A DNA stretch of 43,810 nt from a virus. Its lineage: Duplodnaviria > Heunggongvirae > Uroviricota > Caudoviricetes. The translations under genes were made by a program, and so were the position numbers. The stretch lies in IMG/VR virus record IMGVR_UViG_2671180268_000014. One strand, 5' to 3'. Within the stretch, counting starts at the first letter, position 1. Each line of letters starts with the position of its first letter. The notes below the pieces were generated by a model. It worked only from the letters and a program-made list of their open reading frames with translations, was not told where the DNA came from and made no database searches. This document shows positions 38,531 to 43,810 of this stretch, piece after piece.

Positions 38531-39228
38531 TGCAGGACATACAACAGGAAACGCTGAATGAATGCATTCGTGCGGAGCAGTCGGCCAGCGTGGTGCTCTG
38601 GGAAATCGACCTGACCGAGGTAGGCGGGGATCGCTACTTTTTCTGCAATGAGCAGAACGAGAAAGGAGAGTCTGTCACCTGGCAGAGTCGGCAGTATCAG
38701 GCCTATCCCATTCAGGGGAGTGGATTTGAGATGAACGGCAAAGGTGCCAGTGCAAGGCCAACGCTGAAAGTCTCTAATCTGCACGGCATGGTCACCGGGA
38801 TGGCGGAAGACCTGCAGAGTCTGGTCGGCGGAACGGTGGTCAGGCGTAAGGTTTACGCCCGTTTTCTGGATGCGGTGAACTTCGTCAACGGAAACAGTGA
38901 CGCCGATCCGGAGCAGGAGGTGATCAGCCGCTGGCGTATTGAGCAGTGCAGCGAACTGAGCGCGGTCAGTGCCTCCTTTGTACTGTCCACGCCGACGGAA
39001 ACGGACGGCGCTGTTTTTCCGGGGCGCATCATGCTTGCTAATACCTGCACCTGGACCTATCGCGGTGATGAGTGCGGTTATCACGGTCCGGCTGTCGCGG
39101 ATGAATATGACCAGCCAACGTCCGATATCACGAAGGATAAATGCAGCAAATGCCTGAGCGGTTGTAAGTTCCGCAATAACGTCGGCAACTTTGGCGGCTT
39201 CCTTTCCATTAACAAACTTTCGCAGTAA
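38530..39228 (+). CDS. L: Minor tail protein L (lambda L-like)
   Basis: Near-identical to recalled lambda gpL ([33 protein letters not shown]...). ATG overlaps the M stop. Confidence 0.9.
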   Translation: MQDIQQETLNECIRAEQSASVVLWEIDLTEVGGDRYFFCNEQNEKGESVTWQSRQYQAYPIQGSGFEMNGKGASARPTLKVSNLHGMVTGMAEDLQSLVGGTVVRRKVYARFLDAVNFVNGNSDADPEQEVISRWRIEQCSELSAVSASFVLSTPTETDGAVFPGRIMLANTCTWTYRGDECGYHGPAVADEYDQPTSDITKDKCSKCLSGCKFRNNVGNFGGFLSINKLSQ

Positions 39229-39233
39229 ATCCC

Positions 39234-40058
39234 ATGACACAGACAGAATCAGCGATTCTGGCGCACGCCCGGCGATGTGCGCCAGCGGAGTCGTGCGGCT
39301 TCGTGGTGAGAACACCGGAGGGGGAAAGATATTTTCCCTGCGTGAATATTTCCGGTGAGCCGGAGGAGTATTTCCGNNNNNNNNNNNNNNNNNNNNNNNN
39401 NNNNNNNNNNNNNNNNNNNNNNNNNNNNNNNNNNNNNNNNNNNNNNNNNNNNNNNNNNNNNNNNNNNNNNNNNNNNNNNNNNNNNNNNNNNNNNNNNNNN
39501 NNNNNNNNNNNNNNNNNNNNNNNNNNNNNNNNNNNNNNNNNNNNNNNNNNNNNNNNNNNNNNNNNNNNNNNNNNNNNNNNNNNNNNNNNNNNNNNNNNNN
39601 NNNNNNNNNNNNNNNNNNNNNNNNNNNNNNNNNNNNNNNNNNNNNNNNNNNNNNNNNNNNNNNNNNNNNNNNNNNNNNNNNNNNNNNNNNNNNNNNNNNN
39701 NNNNCTGGCGGGAATTGAGATGCCAGATTTTCATCGTGAGGACGACTGGTGGCGTAATGGTCAGAATCTCTATCTGGATAATCTGGAGGCTACAGGGCTG
39801 TATCAGGTGCCGTTGTCAACGGCGCAGCCGGGCGATGTGCTGCTGTGCTGTTTTGGTTCATCGGTGCCGAATCATGCCGCCATTTACTGTGGTGACGGCG
39901 AGCTGCTGCACCATATTCCTGAACAACTGAGTAAACGAGAGAGGTACACCGACAAATGGCAGCGACGCACACACTCCCTCTGGCGTCACCGGGCATGGCA
40001 CGCATCTGCCTTTACGGGGATTTGCAGCGATTTGGCCGCCGCATCGACCTTCGTGTGA
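39234..40058 (+). CDS. K: Tail assembly protein K (lambda K-like), interrupted by assembly gap
   Basis: Both ends match recalled lambda K (N-terminus MTQTESAILAHARRCAPAESCGFVV; C-terminus ...VLLCCFGSSVPNHAAIYCGDGELLHHIPEQLSKRERY...). The N-run at 39377-39704 is longer than the roughly 100 nt expected to be missing, so the internal frame is not reliable. Confidence 0.8.
   Translation: MTQTESAILAHARRCAPAESCGFVVRTPEGERYFPCVNISGEPEEYFXXXXXXXXXXXXXXXXXXXXXXXXXXXXXXXXXXXXXXXXXXXXXXXXXXXXXXXXXXXXXXXXXXXXXXXXXXXXXXXXXXXXXXXXXXXXXXXXXXXXXXXXXXXXXXLAGIEMPDFHREDDWWRNGQNLYLDNLEATGLYQVPLSTAQPGDVLLCCFGSSVPNHAAIYCGDGELLHHIPEQLSKRERYTDKWQRRTHSLWRHRAWHASAFTGICSDLAAASTFV
39377..39704. other. Assembly gap (run of N) inside gene K
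   Basis: 328 consecutive N. Confidence 0.99.
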
Positions 40059-40603
40059 AAACGGGGGCCGAAGCCATCCGGGCACTGGCCACACAGCTCC
40101 CGGCATTTCGTCAGAAACTGAGCGACGGCTGGTATCAGGTGCGCATTGCCGGGCGTGATGCAGGCGAAAATGAATTATCTGCCCGTCTTAATGAACCGCT
40201 GGCAAATGGTGCCGTGATCCACATCGTTCCGCGTCTGGCGGGTGCCAAAAGTGGCGGTGTGTTTCAGGCGGTGCTGGGTGCGGCGCTGATTGCGGTGGCA
40301 TGGTGGAACCCTGTGGGCTGGCTGGGGGCCGCGGCTGTATCGGGTATGTATGCAGCAGGGGCCAGTATGATCCTGGGTGGTGTGGCGCAGATGCTGGCAC
40401 CGAAAGCCAGGACGCCCACGGCAGCCAGTACAGATAACGGCAAACAGAACACGTATTTCTCGTCACTGGATAACATGGTTGCCCAGGGTAATGTTCTGCC
40501 TGTTCTGTACGGGGAAATGCGCGTGGGGTCACGTGTGGTTTCTCAGGAGATCAGCACGGCAGACGAAGGGGATGGTGGTCAGGTTGTGGTGATTGGTCGC
40601 TGA
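39956..40603 (+). CDS. I: Tail assembly protein I (lambda I-like)
   Basis: MAATHTLPLASPGMARICLYGDLQRFGRRIDLRVKTGAEAIRALATQLPAFRQKLSDGWYQVRIAGRD matches recalled lambda gpI. Overlaps the 3' end of K. Confidence 0.85.
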   Translation: MAATHTLPLASPGMARICLYGDLQRFGRRIDLRVKTGAEAIRALATQLPAFRQKLSDGWYQVRIAGRDAGENELSARLNEPLANGAVIHIVPRLAGAKSGGVFQAVLGAALIAVAWWNPVGWLGAAAVSGMYAAGASMILGGVAQMLAPKARTPTAASTDNGKQNTYFSSLDNMVAQGNVLPVLYGEMRVGSRVVSQEISTADEGDGGQVVVIGR

Positions 40604-40621
40604 TGCAAAATGTTTTATGAG

Positions 40622-40641
40622 AAACCGCCTGCGGGCGGTTT
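40622..40641 (+). terminator. Hairpin between I and J (weak terminator/attenuator)
   Basis: aaaccgcc-tgcg-ggcggttt followed by tgtcgttt; just upstream of the J SD (GAGGA). Confidence 0.35.
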
Positions 40642-40663
40642 TGTCGTTTATGGAGCGTGAGGA

Positions 40664-43600
40664 ATGGGTAAAGGCAGCAGTAAGGGGCATACCCCGCGCG
40701 AAGCGAAGGACAACCTGAAGTCCACGCAGCTGCTGAGTGTGATCGATGCCATCAGCGAAGGGCCGGTTGAAGGTCCGGTGGATGGATTAAAAAGCGTGCT
40801 GCTGAACAGTACGCCGGTGCTGGACAGTGAGGGGAATACCAACATCTCCGGCGTCACGGTGGTGTTCCGGGCAGGTGAGCAGGAGCAGTCACCGCCGGAG
40901 GGATTTGAATCCTCCGGCTCCGAGACGGTGCTGGGTACGGAAGTGAAATATGACACGCCGATCACCCGGACCATCACGTCGGCAAACATCGACCGTCTGC
41001 GCTTTACCTTCGGTGTACAGGCACTGGTGGAAACCACCTCAAAGGGAGACAGGAATCCGTCGGAAGTCCGCCTGCTGGTTCAGATACAGCGTAACGGTGG
41101 CTGGGTGACGGAAAAAGACATCACCATTAAGGGCAAAACCACCTCGCAGTATCTGGTCTCGGTGGTGGTGGATAACCTGCCGCCGCGCCCGTTTAATATC
41201 CGGATGCGCAGAATGACGCCGGACAGCACCACAGACCAGCTGCAGAACAAAACGCTCTGGTCGTCATACACCGAAATCATCGATGTGAAACAGTGCTACC
41301 CGAACACGGCACTGGTCGGCGTACAGGTGGATTCGGAGCAGTTCGGCAGCCAGCAGGTGAGCCGTAATTATCATCTTCGCGGGCGCATTCTGCAGGTGCC
41401 GTCGAACTATAACCCGCAGACGCGACAATACAGCGGTATCTGGGACGGAACGTTAAAACCAGCATACAGCAACAACATGGCCTGGTGTCTGTGGGATATG
41501 CTGACCCACCCGCGCTACGGCATGGGGAAACGTCTTGGTGCGGCGGATGTGGACAAATGGGCGCTGTATGTCATCGGCCAGTACTGCGACCAGTCAGTGC
41601 CGGACGGCTTTGGCGGCACGGAGCCGCGCATCACCTGTAATGCGTACCTGACCACACAGCGCAAGGCGTGGGATGTGCTCAGTGATTTCTGCTCGGCGAT
41701 GCGCTGTATGCCGGTATGGAACGGGCAGACGCTGACGTTCGTGCAGGACCGACCGTCGGATAAGGTGTGGACCTATAACCGCAGTAATGTGGTGATGCCG
41801 GATGATGGCGCGCCGTTCCGCTACAGCTTCAGCGCCCTGAAAGACCGCCATAATGCCGTTGAGGTGAACTGGATTGACCCGGATAACGGCTGGGAGACGG
41901 CGACAGAGCTTGTGGAGGATACGCAGGCCATTGCCCGTTACGGTCGTAACGTCACGAAGATGGATGCTTTTGGCTGTACCAGCCGGGGGCAGGCACACCG
42001 CGCCGGGCTGTGGCTGATTAAAACAGAACTGCTGGAAACGCAGACCGTGGACTTCAGCGTGGGCGCAGAAGGGCTTCGCCATGTGCCGGGCGATGTCATT
42101 GAAATCTGTGATGATGACTATGCGGGTATCAGCATCGGCGGGCGCGTGCTGGCGGTAAACAGCCAGACCCGGACGCTGACGCTCGACCGTGAAATCACGC
42201 TGCCATCCTCCGGTACCATGCTGATAAGCCTGGTTGACGGAAGTGGCAATCCGGTCAGCGTGGAGGTTCAGTCCGTCACCGACGGCGTGAAGGTGAAAGT
42301 GAGCCGTGTTCCTGACGGCGTTGCTGAATACAGCGTGTGGGGGCTGAAGCTGCCGACGTTGCGCCAGCGCCTGTTCCGCTGTGTGAGTATCCGTGAGAAC
42401 GATGACGGCACGTATGCCATCACTGCCGTGCAGCATGTACCGGAAAAAGAAGCCATCGTGGATAACGGGGCGCACTTTGACGGCGACCAGAGCGGCACGG
42501 TGAATGGTGTCACGCCGCCAGCGGTGCAGCACCTGACTGCCGAAGTCACCGCAGACAGCGGGGAATATCAGGTGCTGGCGCGCTGGGACACGCCGAAGGT
42601 GGTGAAGGGGGTGAGCTTTATGCTTCGCCTGACCGTGGCAGCGGATGACGGCAGTGAGCGGCTGGTCAGCACGGCCCGGACGACGGAAACCACATACCGC
42701 TTCACGCAACTGGCGCTGGGACGGTACACGCTGACAGTCCGGGCGGTAAATGCCTGGGGACAGCAGGGCGATCCGGCGTCGGTATCGTTCAGGATTGCCG
42801 CACCGGTAGCACCGTCGCGGATTGAGCTGACGCCGGGCTATTTTCAGATAACTGCCACGCCGCATCTTGCGGTTTATGATCCGACGGTACAGTTTGAGTT
42901 CTGGTTCTCGGAAACGCGGATTACCGATATCAGGCAGGTTGAAACCACAGCCCGCTACCTTGGCGCGGGGCTGTACTGGATAGCCGCCAGTATCAATATC
43001 AAACCGGGCCATGATTATTACTTTTATATCCGCAGTGTGAACACCGTTGGCAAATCGGCATTCGTGGAGGCCGTCGGTCGGGCGAGCGATGATGCGGAAG
43101 GTTACCTGGATTTTTTCAAAGGCAAGATAACCGAATCCCATCTCGGTAAAGAGCTGCTGGAAAAAGTTGATCTGACGGAGGATAACGCCAGCAGACTGGA
43201 TGAGTTTTCGAAAGAGTGGAAGGACGCTAACGATAAATGGAATGCGATGTGGGGCGTCAAAATTGAGCAGACCAAAGACGGCAAACATTATGTCGCGGGT
43301 ATTGGCCTCAGCATGGAGGACACGGAGGAAGGCAAGCTGAGCCAGTTTCTGGTTGCCGCCAATCGTATCGCGTTTATTGACCCGGCAAACGGGAATGAAA
43401 CGCCGATGTTTGTGGCGCAGGGCAACCAGATATTCATGAACGACGTGTTCCTGAAGCGCCTGACAGCCCCCGCCATTACCAGCGGTGGCAGTCCTCCGGT
43501 ATTTTCCCTGACATCAGACGGAAAGCTGACCGCTAAAAATGCGGATATCAGTGGTAGTGTGAATGCGAACTCAGGAACGCTCAACAATGTCACGATTAAC

Positions 43601-43810
43601 CAGAACTGTACGATTAAGGGCATGCTGGAGGCGACCCAGGTCAGAGGGGATTTCGTTAAAGCTGTATCAAAAGCCTTCCCGAAAAAAGTCGGTACGTGGG
43701 GTAACACGGAAACACCAGACGGTACGGTTACAGTCACCATCAGCGATGATCATAACTTTGACCGCCAGATTATTATTCCGCCCATTATTTTTAACGGTAT
43801 AGCGTATGAC
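40664..43810 (+). CDS. J: Host specificity / central tail fibre protein J (lambda J-like), 3' end beyond window
   Basis: ATG at 40664 with GAGGA SD. Frame read open to the window end (1049 codons); matches recalled lambda gpJ from [34 protein letters not shown] onward. Minus-strand ORFs here are antisense artefacts. Confidence 0.9.
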   Translation, partial: MGKGSSKGHTPREAKDNLKSTQLLSVIDAISEGPVEGPVDGLKSVLLNSTPVLDSEGNTNISGVTVVFRAGEQEQSPPEGFESSGSETVLGTEVKYDTPITRTITSANIDRLRFTFGVQALVETTSKGDRNPSEVRLLVQIQRNGGWVTEKDITIKGKTTSQYLVSVVVDNLPPRPFNIRMRRMTPDSTTDQLQNKTLWSSYTEIIDVKQCYPNTALVGVQVDSEQFGSQQVSRNYHLRGRILQVPSNYNPQTRQYSGIWDGTLKPAYSNNMAWCLWDMLTHPRYGMGKRLGAADVDKWALYVIGQYCDQSVPDGFGGTEPRITCNAYLTTQRKAWDVLSDFCSAMRCMPVWNGQTLTFVQDRPSDKVWTYNRSNVVMPDDGAPFRYSFSALKDRHNAVEVNWIDPDNGWETATELVEDTQAIARYGRNVTKMDAFGCTSRGQAHRAGLWLIKTELLETQTVDFSVGAEGLRHVPGDVIEICDDDYAGISIGGRVLAVNSQTRTLTLDREITLPSSGTMLISLVDGSGNPVSVEVQSVTDGVKVKVSRVPDGVAEYSVWGLKLPTLRQRLFRCVSIRENDDGTYAITAVQHVPEKEAIVDNGAHFDGDQSGTVNGVTPPAVQHLTAEVTADSGEYQVLARWDTPKVVKGVSFMLRLTVAADDGSERLVSTARTTETTYRFTQLALGRYTLTVRAVNAWGQQGDPASVSFRIAAPVAPSRIELTPGYFQITATPHLAVYDPTVQFEFWFSETRITDIRQVETTARYLGAGLYWIAASINIKPGHDYYFYIRSVNTVGKSAFVEAVGRASDDAEGYLDFFKGKITESHLGKELLEKVDLTEDNASRLDEFSKEWKDANDKWNAMWGVKIEQTKDGKHYVAGIGLSMEDTEEGKLSQFLVAANRIAFIDPANGNETPMFVAQGNQIFMNDVFLKRLTAPAITSGGSPPVFSLTSDGKLTAKNADISGSVNANSGTLNNVTINQNCTIKGMLEATQVRGDFVKAVSKAFPKKVGTWGNTETPDGTVTVTISDDHNFDRQIIIPPIIFNGIAYD

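Noticed and set aside
38506-39315. 269-aa minus-strand ORF over gene L
   Set aside because: The plus-strand frame encodes a protein nearly identical to lambda L; the minus ORF is an antisense artefact.
41594-43288. 564-aa minus-strand ORF, with other minus-strand ORFs at 40188-41465 and 43288-43740
   Set aside because: They lie antisense to the J gene, whose plus-strand frame is open throughout and matches lambda J. Long antisense ORFs are expected in GC-rich coding sequence, and none has a credible start context.
1-43810. CRISPR arrays, tRNA/rRNA genes, IS elements and attachment sites
   Set aside because: No regularly spaced repeat-spacer arrays, tRNA-like cloverleaf candidates or transposase ORFs were seen by eye. 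The prophage attachment sites would lie outside the window: the left boundary coincides with the int stop and the right end is inside J.

Overview
This window is an almost complete Rac-type lambdoid prophage of an enterobacterium (E. coli/Shigella-like), running from the integrase stop at position 1 to a 3'-truncated lambda-like J gene at the window end. Gene order: leftward int-xis-ralR-recT-recE-racC-ydaE-kilR; sieB; a divergent repressor/cro immunity switch; replication genes (ydaT/ydaU-like, DnaC-like loader broken by an N-gap); nin-like genes (DUF1367, YbcO-like, Q-like); a phage-21-type lysis cassette (pinholin, SAR endolysin, Rz with nested Rz1); the trkG moron; then terminase, portal, head, tail and lambda-like M-L-K-I-J tail-tip genes. 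Family assignments are from recalled protein sequences and motifs read off the translations; no database search was possible. Two accessory loci stand out. The strongest candidate for an undescribed system is a visibly AT-rich two-gene cassette (11973-13952) with its own extended -10 promoter, inserted between the replication module and the nin/Q region; gene A carries an Rx4H (HEPN-like) motif and gene B a GNAT-like C-terminal motif. The second is a pair of paralogous lipoproteins (18198-19172) between Q and the holin whose C-termini closely resemble TolA domain III. Other observations: a TG(C/T)GCA repeat array inside terS (possible pac site), an in-frame A_AAA_AAG -1 frameshift site joining tail chaperones G and T, UUCG-tetraloop terminators inside the late operon, and two N-run assembly gaps whose lengths do not match the expected missing coding sequence.
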